Origin: a virus
IMG/VR virus record: IMGVR_UViG_3300020215_000044
Direction: 5' to 3' (one strand)
Length of the DNA stretch: 39,156 nucleotides
In this document: in pieces, positions 1 through 8,132 of the stretch
Layout of the letters: every line of letters begins with the position of its first letter
Numbering within the stretch: the first letter of the stretch is position 1
The notes under the pieces: generated by a model
Told to the model about the DNA's origin: nothing
Databases searched by the model: none
Seen by the model: only the letters and a program-made list of their open reading frames with translations
Made by a program: the position numbers and the translations under genes

Positions 1-127
1 AGCGCCAACTGCGGTCGAGCGTTAATCGGTGCAGTCGCCGGAAGAATCACGCTGAACGTGGCGGAACGATGCCTTCGTAACGACACCATCGTGCCAGCCG
101 TATTCCAGCACGAACTCGGACATTCCC
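1..127. repeat. Terminal direct repeat, left copy (identical to 39030..39156); signature of a circular or circularly permuted assembly
   Basis: Direct comparison: nt 1-127 (agcgccaactgcgg...ggacattccc) match nt 39030-39156 base for base. Confidence 0.97.
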
Positions 128-303
128 TCGGGCTGTGGCATGTATCGGACGGTCTGATGCGGAACCCGACATTCACCAATGCGACGGTCACCGAAGCCGA
201 GCGCTACCACGCCGCGATCGCCTACGCACGATCCGCCGGCAATATCGACGTCGACCAGGACGTGCTGACCAGCGCGGTCGTGGCACCCATGGTGAGCGAC
301 TAG
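1..303 (+). CDS. Zn-metalloprotease lipoprotein, C-terminal part (continues in frame from 38502..39156 across the circular junction; about 276 aa in total)
   Basis: Position 1 is a codon start of the frame opened at 38502. Contains HELGHSLGLWH followed by GLMRNP (HExxHxxGxxH plus a possible Met-turn, metzincin/matrixin-like). Stop TAG at 301-303. Confidence 0.75.
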   Translation, partial: SANCGRALIGAVAGRITLNVAERCLRNDTIVPAVFQHELGHSLGLWHVSDGLMRNPTFTNATVTEAERYHAAIAYARSAGNIDVDQDVLTSAVVAPMVSD

Positions 304-560
304 CGACGCGACGAGCGCACCTCCCGCAACGACCGCCGCAAATCCTCCAGCCGCGTACAGAGATAGCCGACCTTCCATGTGGGGATCTCCGGCTGCACGC
401 ACACCAAGAGGGATCCGCCCCATTCGTTATCAAAATAGATGGCGCTGATCGGATCTGGCGCCGGCGGCACAGGGGCGGCCTTCGCGCAACTGGCGAACAG
501 TAGACCCGCCATGGCCCCGATCACCACCACCGCCGCCACCCAGGCCAGCGCCCGCATCAT
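300..560 (-). CDS. Small putative lipoprotein (86 aa)
   Basis: MMRALAWVAAVVVIGAMAGLLFASC: signal peptide with a lipobox-like FASC. The ATG overlaps the upstream stop (ATGA). Start trimmed from ORF 300..683, whose N-terminal extension is R-rich filler. Confidence 0.55.
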   Translation of the reverse strand: MMRALAWVAAVVVIGAMAGLLFASCAKAAPVPPAPDPISAIYFDNEWGGSLLVCVQPEIPTWKVGYLCTRLEDLRRSLREVRSSRR

Positions 561-709
561 CGGGGCGGATCCTTCGTCGCCACGACCGTGACGACCGGCC
601 ACGTCTTGCCGCAGACGTTGCAATGATGCGCGCGCTCGTCGGTCGCGATCATCGACGGGCGATCCTCGCCACACATCGGGCACAGGGGCCGATCCGCGTG
701 CCGCGTCAT
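557..709 (-). CDS. Small zinc-ribbon protein (50 aa)
   Basis: CPMC...(17)...CNVC Cys4 pattern. ATGA overlaps on both sides. Start trimmed from ORF 557..766. Confidence 0.5.
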   Translation of the reverse strand: MTRHADRPLCPMCGEDRPSMIATDERAHHCNVCGKTWPVVTVVATKDPPR

Positions 710-1032
710 TCGTCTGCCTCGACCGGGCGCCCTTTGCGCTTGATGCGCTGGTACGCCTTCCACCACCGCGCCTTGGTCGGCTCGTCCATCTTCACGACCA
801 GCGCGCGGGCACGGCGCGTCACCGTGCGCTCACTGTAGGTCGGGAACCGGCGATGCAGCAGTTCATGGACCACGTATTCCAAGACGGCCGGCCGCGGATC
901 GATGTAGATGGAGTCGCCTTCCTGTAACCCGTAGACCTGCTCTTTGTCGGCCCGCAAGCTGACTTCGTACACCTTGCCTTTGTGCAGCTCGTTCCAGAGA
1001 TCGTCCAGCGCTGCCCAATCGGCCACGGTCAT
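706..1032 (-). CDS. Small HExxH-motif protein, putative metallopeptidase (108 aa)
   Basis: VVHELLHRRFP contains HExxH. Translationally coupled to its neighbours. Normal codon bias. Confidence 0.55.
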   Translation of the reverse strand: MTVADWAALDDLWNELHKGKVYEVSLRADKEQVYGLQEGDSIYIDPRPAVLEYVVHELLHRRFPTYSERTVTRRARALVVKMDEPTKARWWKAYQRIKRKGRPVEADE

Positions 1033-1274
1033 CCCCGCAACCGATACGCTTTGTACGTAATCAGGCGGCCGTAGCTGTTCTGCTGCCGCTTCGTCGTTTC
1101 AATCGCCTTTCCCACCCGGACGAGTGCCTTCAGATGCCCGCGCGCTGTGGCCACAGGGAGGCCCATCATGTCGGCGTATTCGTACTGGGTCAGCGCATCC
1201 TGATCGTCCGCCCTCGAGCGGACGCCCGCTTCGTCCAGCGCGCGCAACCACTCGTCGCGAGTAATCCCCGTCAT
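1029..1274 (-). CDS. Winged-helix/HTH-like DNA-binding protein (81 aa)
   Basis: YEYADMMGLPVATARGHLKALVRVGKAIE looks like an HTH plus wing. ATGA overlaps on both sides. Confidence 0.5.
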   Translation of the reverse strand: MTGITRDEWLRALDEAGVRSRADDQDALTQYEYADMMGLPVATARGHLKALVRVGKAIETTKRQQNSYGRLITYKAYRLRG

Positions 1275-2107
1275 ACTTCCTCAGGGCTGCGGTCAAAGCT
1301 CCGGACCCACCGCCGGTAATAGAACTCCTCATCGCCCTGCCGAATCAGCACGCCGCCCAACTGCGGCTCACTGATGCGCGCACCGGGGATCTTCCAGACG
1401 TACGGCGTTTTTCCCTGCCAGGCCGGCGTGACGAGGGCGGCGGCGTACCCTTTCGCGGAGTTGAGATCCACCGCGATCGAGCGATGCCGGTGGGACCGAA
1501 CCACGAAATCCGGAGGTTCGCGATTCCAACGCGCGGCTTCGACGTATTCCGCCGTGAGTTCCGCGTTGACCGCCGATGCCTCATGTGCGGCACTCGACGT
1601 GGTCCCGATGTGGTGCATCGCGTGGACTAACGCCTCTCCGACGCGCTTCCAGAGATCCCATCGCGCGTGTTGCCCGTGCTGGTTCGGCTTCGCGCCGAGT
1701 TTTTCGGCCAGCATTTCCTCGTACACCCCAGACTGCCCCACATGCGCTTGTGTGCCACGCACGTGGTAGTACGTCCCGCCACTGGCCTGACACTTCTCAA
1801 CTTCCGGCGCCATGACCGCATAGGCGATGTCGAGTTGGTCTTTCATGTTGTGGGAGATTTGAGTGGTCGAGCCGTGATGGACGCCGTCGATCGCGTCCCC
1901 GTTGTGGAGCAGGTCGTACGGCTCGCCGCGGGTGACTTCCGGCACCCACACGTCGAAGAACTCGCGCCAGAGTGCCCAGGTTTTGGCTTGAAAGTCGGAC
2001 TGGCGATACTCCCCGCCGTCATCGAGGCGGATCATGCCGGGCGGGCACAGCCCCAGCCGACATCCGCAGTGCGTGTCCGAGACAATCACTAGGTTGCGTG
2101 TCGGCAT
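1271..2107 (-). CDS. Calcineurin-like metallophosphoesterase
   Basis: VIVSDTHCG, HNGDAIDG and RGTQAH match the DxH / GDxxD / GNH-type metal-binding motif order of the metallophosphoesterase superfamily. Confidence 0.7.
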   Translation of the reverse strand: MPTRNLVIVSDTHCGCRLGLCPPGMIRLDDGGEYRQSDFQAKTWALWREFFDVWVPEVTRGEPYDLLHNGDAIDGVHHGSTTQISHNMKDQLDIAYAVMAPEVEKCQASGGTYYHVRGTQAHVGQSGVYEEMLAEKLGAKPNQHGQHARWDLWKRVGEALVHAMHHIGTTSSAAHEASAVNAELTAEYVEAARWNREPPDFVVRSHRHRSIAVDLNSAKGYAAALVTPAWQGKTPYVWKIPGARISEPQLGGVLIRQGDEEFYYRRWVRSFDRSPEEV

Positions 2108-2242
2108 CTACTCTCCCACCACGACCCACCAGACGTAGGCCAGGCTGGTACGACGGATGGCGGCGGCTAACAGGATGAGCGTGAGGAGCCCACCCGTGAG
2201 GCCGAGCGCCACGAGGGCCTTACCGGCCAGCCGCCCCAGCAC
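2108..2242 (-). CDS. Possible small single-TM protein (44 aa, GTG start), overlapping the 3-prime end of the preceding gene
   Basis: Hand translation: VLGRLAGKALVALGLTGGLLTLILLAAAIRRTSLAYVWWVVVGE. Stop TAG abuts the ATG of the next gene. Below the ORF-track size cutoff, and the start is uncertain. Confidence 0.25.
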   Translation of the reverse strand: MLGRLAGKALVALGLTGGLLTLILLAAAIRRTSLAYVWWVVVGE

Positions 2243-2501
2243 GACGGGCTACCACATCGCGCACGACGTTCTGCAGCGCCACGACGGCATCGATCACCTT
2301 CCGGATCGCCTGCTGCACGTCCGTGTCGTTCACCACATCGCGGCCGATCGAGGCTTCGACGAGCGGGACCAGATCGCTCACCATCGCCACCGCCTCGTCC
2401 TGTTTCTCGCTGCCCTTCTTCGTCGTCGCAAACCGCTCGATTGCGTTGACCGCCGTGACGATCAACGGAAACAACTTCAGTGCCCCGGCCACCCACCTCA
2501 T
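2220..2501 (-). CDS. Hypothetical protein with N-terminal hydrophobic segment (lysis-module accessory?)
   Basis: MRWVAGALKLFPLIVTAVNAI... ATGA overlap with the upstream gene. Start trimmed from ORF 2220..2720. Confidence 0.45.
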   Translation of the reverse strand: MRWVAGALKLFPLIVTAVNAIERFATTKKGSEKQDEAVAMVSDLVPLVEASIGRDVVNDTDVQQAIRKVIDAVVALQNVVRDVVARRAGAAGR

Positions 2502-2695
2502 ACCGATCCTCCTGTGCCGTTCTGTCGCGCGTGATTGCTCAGCGCCGGTCGCAGAATCGTGGCCAGCGCGCCCATCGCAAAGACGTGCAACTCCATGATT
2601 CCGAAGCCAATGCCCGCTGCGAGCAGGGCCAGCAGCACCGCGATGTGGCCGCCTGGGGAATCCAGCGAGTCTAGAAATTGATGCCAGTAGGTCAC
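2498..2695 (-). CDS. Small two-TM membrane protein (holin/antiholin-like)
   Basis: Hydrophobic stretches IAVLLALLAAGIGFGI and VFAMGALATIL. Located downstream of the endolysin. ATGA coupling. Confidence 0.5.
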   Translation of the reverse strand: MTYWHQFLDSLDSPGGHIAVLLALLAAGIGFGIMELHVFAMGALATILRPALSNHARQNGTGGSV

Positions 2696-2907
2696 GGCGT
2701 TTCGTCTCCATGATCCGCATTACGGATCGGATTACTCTGCACGTTGACGTTCACATTGGGCGGGCTGACGTCGCGCTCAGCGATCAGTACCTGCCAGCCC
2801 TGCGACGTCGCCACTGGGATCGCGGCTTCATCGACGAGGAGCGGCGCCAACTGGCGGCGAAATGTCGCCTTGAATCGTTCAGGATGCGTGAGCAGTGCCC
2901 ATCCCAT
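2692..2907 (-). CDS. Hypothetical protein (71 aa)
   Basis: ORF with normal composition immediately after the endolysin gene. No motif recognised. Confidence 0.45.
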   Translation of the reverse strand: MGWALLTHPERFKATFRRQLAPLLVDEAAIPVATSQGWQVLIAERDVSPPNVNVNVQSNPIRNADHGDETP

Positions 2908-2911
2908 CGCA

Positions 2912-3337
2912 TTACGCCTCGCCGGTTTCGAGTTGCCGCGTCACCGTCGTCGCACGGGCCGGACTATCCACCCGTGCCCATTTCGAGTCGCGCGCCGCTG
3001 CGGCGGCTGCTACATAGTCGCCGCGCTCTAAGGCCGCCAGCATCTGCTTGAACGCCCGGAAGCCGCCCGATCCCACCTGAAACCGCATATCCAGTACCGC
3101 CCGCTGGCGCACGGCGTTCAGCCGACCGAACCACGCAAACGTCGCGAGATCGTCCAGGCACGCCCGAATGTCGTTGTCGAGGAGGTAGAACGCTTCGTCT
3201 TTCGAGATGCCGCGCCCTTCGAGGTTTCGGCCAACACCAACGGTCAAGTACCCCGCCGAGCACTTGTAGACCGTCAGACGCAGCCCCTCATGCGCGACCA
3301 ACTGCTGGCGGATCGCATCCCGATCAGCGCTCGTCAT
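2912..3337 (-). CDS. Endolysin, phage lysozyme (GH24, T4-lysozyme-like)
   Basis: HEGLRLTVYKCSAGYLTVGVGRNL...DEAFYLLDNDI...RQRAVLDMRFQVG matches the catalytic E...D...T region and fold motifs of the phage lysozyme family. Start trimmed to MTSADRD. Confidence 0.8.
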   Translation of the reverse strand: MTSADRDAIRQQLVAHEGLRLTVYKCSAGYLTVGVGRNLEGRGISKDEAFYLLDNDIRACLDDLATFAWFGRLNAVRQRAVLDMRFQVGSGGFRAFKQMLAALERGDYVAAAAAARDSKWARVDSPARATTVTRQLETGEA

Positions 3338-3605
3338 GGCCCACGATCCCTTTCGCTTGCAGGCCGACGTAGAGAGTGTTGAGGCTGTGGGCGATCGTGG
3401 ACACCACGCCCCCGCGCTCATAGACGTCGTGCTTGACCTTTTTCATATCCGAGACGAGCCCGTTGGTCCCGTCCTCGCCGCGGAGAATCCTGAGCACGTC
3501 GCGGTTGATGTCCCGTTGCCACAGAAAGGCCCGTAGGAACGCCACGATGCCACCGCCCACCATGACGATGTCGGACAGATGAATCGTGGTGTCGATCTGG
3601 AACAT
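3324..3605 (-). CDS. Putative holin (one TM, 93 aa)
   Basis: TM segment IVMVGGGIVAFLRAFLW. Immediately upstream of, and overlapping, the endolysin start. Call is based on position. Confidence 0.5.
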   Translation of the reverse strand: MFQIDTTIHLSDIVMVGGGIVAFLRAFLWQRDINRDVLRILRGEDGTNGLVSDMKKVKHDVYERGGVVSTIAHSLNTLYVGLQAKGIVGHDER

Positions 3606-3728
3606 CGTGTCCTCACCTGTCCCTTCCCTGCACGGAAACCCGCACGCGCCCCTGTTCGCGGCACCGACTCCGGCCGTTATGGCCTTTAGGCGAGGACCGC
3701 GCGATCCCGGTCGCGTGGCACTCGCTCA

Positions 3729-3766
3729 GGGGACCGATGCGCTGTGCCGCAGCGCGTCGGCTCCCC
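3729..3766 (-). terminator. Imperfect GC-rich hairpin between tail genes and lysis cassette (no U-tract)
   Basis: ggggaccgatgcgctg / cagcgcgtcggctcccc inverted repeat with a 5-nt loop, 12 nt after the stop of gene 3778..4167. Confidence 0.25.
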
Positions 3767-3777
3767 GCTTGATCTCA

Positions 3778-4167
3778 TCAGAGCCACGGCCGCGCCTTGT
3801 AGGCGTTGATGATCTTGGTACGCGCCGCAACAAACTTCGCCACCGTCGCTGGCGCTGAGTACGTGTCGATCACCGCCCACACGATGGCGCTGGCGAGTCG
3901 GCCCCGATCCAACTCCGCCACAATCGCCCGATCCAGCTCGGCTTGTTCGTGCGCCGGATCGCTGGCGTTGAACGCATCGATCGTCGGCTGCGCTGCGCTC
4001 TGCAGATGCGGCGGCGACACCACCCAGGTCGCCTTGCTGGCGGAGTCCCCAATCGATACGCCCACAATCGGCACGCCGGCCCCTTTAATTGCGGCTTCTA
4101 CCTGTGCTGCCAGTCCCATCCGACGTTCCTTTGTCTGCGCGGGCGGTGCCGCCGCCGTTGCTGCCAT
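3778..4167 (-). CDS. Hypothetical protein downstream of tail fiber (129 aa)
   Basis: Well-behaved ORF. No motif recognised. The position suggests a fiber-associated or assembly role. Confidence 0.5.
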   Translation of the reverse strand: MAATAAAPPAQTKERRMGLAAQVEAAIKGAGVPIVGVSIGDSASKATWVVSPPHLQSAAQPTIDAFNASDPAHEQAELDRAIVAELDRGRLASAIVWAVIDTYSAPATVAKFVAARTKIINAYKARPWL

Positions 4168-4181
4168 GCGTTACTCCCGGT

Positions 4182-5714
4182 TCAACAGGCCACCGTGCCG
4201 GTCAGGCCGGCCTGTGTCGTCAGCGGTGCGCCATCATCGCCGCGCCACGTTGTCGTACCGACCGCTTCGCTGTATTCCAGCCACGCAAAGAAGTGGTACC
4301 CGACGCCAGGCGCAGTTGTCAGGTGCGCGCCATACGCACTCACCGCATTAGCGACGGCATTGTCGTTGCGCGCGGCCAGCGATCCGGTGGCAATGGCGGA
4401 GGTTGAATCCAGACCGATACCCGCGAAGTTATTAGTAATGACGTTGGTATTGGAGGAGAGCACCAAGAGCCGCAGGTCCACGATTGTCTCGTTGACCCCA
4501 ATTACGACGTCGACCTGATTCGCCGAACTGGCGTTAGCTTGCCGCCAAGCGGCCGTCGTATAGGTCCACGAGTTCGCATCCTCTAGCCGCCGTAAGCCGC
4601 GCACCACGCGGTTGTAGTAATTCCAGATGTACCGCTTGGTATAGGTGTCATCGGTCTGACCGCCAGAGGCGTTGATGTAGACGGTGCCGAGGTACCGCCG
4701 GGTGGTTGCGCCAGACTTGACATACACGCCGTTCTGTAGCGTCAGGGCCGTCGCTCGGGTGGTGGCATTCGTCCACGCCAGCGTTTCGATCGTGACGGTG
4801 CCCGCGTTGTCGTACGCGAAGATGTCGTAGGGCCGCGAGGCGGTGAGGCCGACCAGACTGATCGTGATCTCGCTGAAGGTGCGGATGTGCCACGACGCCG
4901 TGCCGTCATAGAGCGCGATTCGGTTTCCGCCGTACGGCGTGAAATAGATCGCGGTGGCGCCAGCGACGTCCCCTGTTGTTACTGGCGTACCACTTGTCGC
5001 GGTGAGGCGTCCCTGACACACCAGAGCGATCGGCTCGAGATCGCCCGACCGTGGAGACACGTCAATGGCGAGCGTCGTCGAGGTCAGCGCCACGCCCACC
5101 GACCGCACATACCCCGCCGGCGCCGTGCTCGTGATCTGCCCAGCCGTGGCGCTCACGTAGTAGGTCGATCCTGCCGACAGACCCGCGAGCGTATCGGCCA
5201 CGCCGCCCACGCGGAGCGTGGTCGTCCCTCCCGCGCTGACGGTCGCAATGACAAAGCCCAGGATCGGCGTACCGGCGCCGTAACTTAGGTCCGCGTCGGC
5301 CTTGTAGGCGCGGCCGGCCGTCAGCCCGCCGGACCCATCGGAGATGTAGGCGAGATCGCCAGCGGCGACGTCCACGCCGGCTACCACACTCAGTTCCACG
5401 TTCACCGCGCCGGATGACTGGAGCGCGTAGACGTTGTCGAGCGTCCGCTGCGTCACCCCGGCACTGTTCTTGAGGACGAACTTGTACGCCCGCGGCGACA
5501 GGTAGATGCCAACTTCGGACCCGGAGACCTGCGGGAAACCGCCCGCGTTCAGCGTGATCGTGGTGCCATTGGTCACGCTCAGGGCCGAGTCCGAATACGT
5601 TGCCAGCGGCGTGGAGGTGCCCGCTTCAAAGGTCTCCACGGTCCCACTCGCCAGCGGGTTGCCGTTCGCGTCCAGAAACTGCGGACGCCAGATCGGCATC
5701 ACGGTACCGGCCAC
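4182..5714 (-). CDS. Tail fiber / tailspike protein
   Basis: N-terminus FLDANGNPLASGTVETFEAGTSTPLATYSDSAL...NGTTITLNAGG is the recurrent phage tail fiber/spike N-terminal pattern. G/T/S/A-rich beta-type C-terminal part. GTG start preceded by GGAGG. Confidence 0.7.
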   Translation of the reverse strand: MAGTVMPIWRPQFLDANGNPLASGTVETFEAGTSTPLATYSDSALSVTNGTTITLNAGGFPQVSGSEVGIYLSPRAYKFVLKNSAGVTQRTLDNVYALQSSGAVNVELSVVAGVDVAAGDLAYISDGSGGLTAGRAYKADADLSYGAGTPILGFVIATVSAGGTTTLRVGGVADTLAGLSAGSTYYVSATAGQITSTAPAGYVRSVGVALTSTTLAIDVSPRSGDLEPIALVCQGRLTATSGTPVTTGDVAGATAIYFTPYGGNRIALYDGTASWHIRTFSEITISLVGLTASRPYDIFAYDNAGTVTIETLAWTNATTRATALTLQNGVYVKSGATTRRYLGTVYINASGGQTDDTYTKRYIWNYYNRVVRGLRRLEDANSWTYTTAAWRQANASSANQVDVVIGVNETIVDLRLLVLSSNTNVITNNFAGIGLDSTSAIATGSLAARNDNAVANAVSAYGAHLTTAPGVGYHFFAWLEYSEAVGTTTWRGDDGAPLTTQAGLTGTVAC

Positions 5715-5744
5715 TACCGCACCTCCGCGCTATAATGGATATCC

Positions 5745-5879
5745 ATGCCGGCTGGATTACTGGTGTTCATCGCCACCTTCCTCGCCACCGGCGGTGACAT
5801 GCTGGCCACCGTCCTGTCTATTGCCGTCATGTTTGCCATAGTGTGGGCGCTGCGCGCCTTTCTGAAGGCGCACCCCTAG
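5745..5879 (+). CDS. Possible small hydrophobic peptide (44 aa) antisense to the late operon
   Basis: Hand translation: MPAGLLVFIATFLATGGDMLATVLSIAVMFAIVWALRAFLKAHP. It fills an otherwise non-coding 160-nt gap. A perfect TATAAT at 5731-5736 lies 8 nt upstream of the ATG. About 80% GC at codon position 3. Confidence 0.3.
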   Translation: MPAGLLVFIATFLATGGDMLATVLSIAVMFAIVWALRAFLKAHP

Positions 5880-6877
5880 TCTCGAAGCAAATCCGATAAC
5901 CGATTGCCTACGTAGGTGCCAGTCGCGGTGACGGTGCCCCACGGGAGCGCACGCTTCAGGCCGGTCCACAGATCATCGATTGTCTCGTCGATGTTGGACC
6001 GCAGCGCGTACTCACGCATGGCCGATCGATACTGGGCACCTTTGCCGACTGACTCCGCCGCCTGCTCGGCGGCGTGGTTGATCAGGACGCGCAGATTTCC
6101 CAGTTCGCGCCGAATGACCGGCGACAGTCTCCGCGTTTCATCCGCTGAAAGTCGGCTAATGTTGGTCGCGTAGTCACGCAACTCCTCGTAATCGATCGGT
6201 CCCTTATGCGGATCGGTGGCACGTCGCAGGAAGTCGCGCACCACCTTGGGCATCGTGCCGCCACGCTCCGCCATCGTCATGATGCGGAGCGCCGTATTCC
6301 CAGCATTCGCAATATCCACTGGCACCTTGCCAGCCGAGCCCATGACCGCTTGGAAGTTCGCGCCTGCCCGCGCCCGGTTCGGAATCTGTGCTGCGACACC
6401 CCGTAGTCCAGCGTTGCCACCTCCGATGGTGACGCCTGCCTGCGTGGCGCGCATCCCAAGTTGCTGCCACTCGTTCTGCGGGGCAAGCCCCCGCTGATTG
6501 ACAGGATCCTGATAGGGCCGCGACACGTCCAACGCCTCAGGGGCCACCGCGTTCCACCCAGCCCGCGCCAGATCCCCGAGTTGCGCCACCGTGCTCACAC
6601 CTTCGCGTACAGCACCCACCGCCATACCTGGCAGACCTTCAGCGCCGAGAACACGATCGACCACTCCACGGCGTGGCGCCGCACTAATACCTGTCGCGCG
6701 CGTGGCGGCCGTTTGCACGCGGTCAAGCGGCGCGGTGTCATCACGGATCTGGCTGCGATAGACGGGGTACTTTTCAAGCATCGCCGTCACGAGTTGGTCA
6801 TCCGGCACGTTCGCATACACGGGATACTGCGCCTTGATCCGTTGTGCGAACTCTGCGCGCGAGACTTCGCCAGCCAT
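5876..6877 (-). CDS. Internal virion / ejection-type protein (333 aa)
   Basis: Position between head-completion genes and tail fiber, as in P22-like podoviruses. No catalytic motif recognised. Confidence 0.55.
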   Translation of the reverse strand: MAGEVSRAEFAQRIKAQYPVYANVPDDQLVTAMLEKYPVYRSQIRDDTAPLDRVQTAATRATGISAAPRRGVVDRVLGAEGLPGMAVGAVREGVSTVAQLGDLARAGWNAVAPEALDVSRPYQDPVNQRGLAPQNEWQQLGMRATQAGVTIGGGNAGLRGVAAQIPNRARAGANFQAVMGSAGKVPVDIANAGNTALRIMTMAERGGTMPKVVRDFLRRATDPHKGPIDYEELRDYATNISRLSADETRRLSPVIRRELGNLRVLINHAAEQAAESVGKGAQYRSAMREYALRSNIDETIDDLWTGLKRALPWGTVTATGTYVGNRLSDLLRD

Positions 6878-8130
6878 TACCTCGCGCCTCCCAACCCGAG
6901 ATTCAGTGGATCGCGGTCGTCCGTCCCCGTCGCGGATCCACCTGCGCTGGCGCCCTCAATCGCCCCCATGAGTTGCTGTATGCGCGCGATTTTTCGGTCC
7001 CGCAGGCTCTTGGAGTCGCCTGGGCGGGGGAACATCGCCTTGACGCTTTGAACGTCCTGTTCGGTCAAGACGCCGGTGTGGCCGAGCGCCCGTGCGATTA
7101 ACGGAGTGAAGCCTGAAATGATCGACTCGTACTCCGCTACGTCGTCATTGAGGTTGATCTGCGCTTTCGCTCGTTCGGCGGCTCCAGCAATCCGCGCGAT
7201 CGCGCCTTGCTGTGTGTTGATTCTTTCGGATAAATCCGACAGGGACGCCAAGATCGGCTCGGCCTTCGCGTACTGCCGTGCCTCGTTACGCTGCGCCTCC
7301 GTCGGTGCTGGTCCGAGGACGTTGCCCTGCGCGTCCGTGACCGGACGCACCGTGTTGCTACCACGATCTAGCGTGCCCACACCTGTCGGTGTCTGAATAA
7401 CGATTGGCGCCAGTGGCCGGTCGTCCGCCTGCTGGTACCGCCTGCGAGCGTCAGCGATCTGGTCGGCGGTCGGATTTGGGCCGAACTGTCGCACGACGAA
7501 ATCCTCGAAACTGCCGACAGTTGGCGCATCCGGCGTCATGGGGTTATCCGCGATCGTGTCGCCCGTAACCGGATGGCTAATCCGTGCTCCACGCGGCAGG
7601 ACCACGCCCTTTTCCGGTTCAGGGAACAACTGCTTGAACCGTTCCGTCGCCGGCAGGATCATCGCCATCCGCGACCGCACCCAACTCTGACCGGGGAAGA
7701 ACTCGGGCGCGTCTTGTGGCGTTAAGACGCCCTGCTGAATCAACCGATCTCGGCCCGACCGATACGCGGCGTTCATCACGTCGGGCACGTCATTACTCGC
7801 CACATCGGCCAGCCATTCCTGCACCGCCTGCGTCTTGGCGGCGAGAGCGCGGGCGGCATCGTCTTGCGCGATCTCTCTGCGCTGGCCCGCGAGCGTGCCC
7901 TCGTGCACGCGCCGTTGCAGATCGGCATTGGCGAGCGCCGATTCCTGCTGACGGCGCCCCATCTCGGCGGCGGCGATCGCCTGTGTCCGCGCGTCGATCC
8001 GATCCGGCAGCGCGGCGACGCCACGGACGACGTCACCCCAGAGCTGCCCGGACGCCCGCCGCCGGTCGCCCACGACGCGCCCCTGCTCGATCAGCAGATC
8101 CGACAGCCGCGCGTTGCTCTGATATGGCAT
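6877..8130 (-). CDS. Internal virion / ejection-type protein (417 aa)
   Basis: Large alpha-helical-looking, A/R/Q-rich protein. Its stop overlaps the next start (TAATG). Call is based on position. Confidence 0.55.
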   Translation of the reverse strand: MPYQSNARLSDLLIEQGRVVGDRRRASGQLWGDVVRGVAALPDRIDARTQAIAAAEMGRRQQESALANADLQRRVHEGTLAGQRREIAQDDAARALAAKTQAVQEWLADVASNDVPDVMNAAYRSGRDRLIQQGVLTPQDAPEFFPGQSWVRSRMAMILPATERFKQLFPEPEKGVVLPRGARISHPVTGDTIADNPMTPDAPTVGSFEDFVVRQFGPNPTADQIADARRRYQQADDRPLAPIVIQTPTGVGTLDRGSNTVRPVTDAQGNVLGPAPTEAQRNEARQYAKAEPILASLSDLSERINTQQGAIARIAGAAERAKAQINLNDDVAEYESIISGFTPLIARALGHTGVLTEQDVQSVKAMFPRPGDSKSLRDRKIARIQQLMGAIEGASAGGSATGTDDRDPLNLGLGGAR

Positions 8131-8132
8131 GA

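Noticed and set aside
5757-5969. 70-aa minus-strand ORF spanning the 5715-5875 gap
   Set aside because: It overlaps the 3-prime end of gene 5876..6877 out of frame, and its translation (…HRHRDWHLRRQS…GGEEGGDEHQ) is filler-like.
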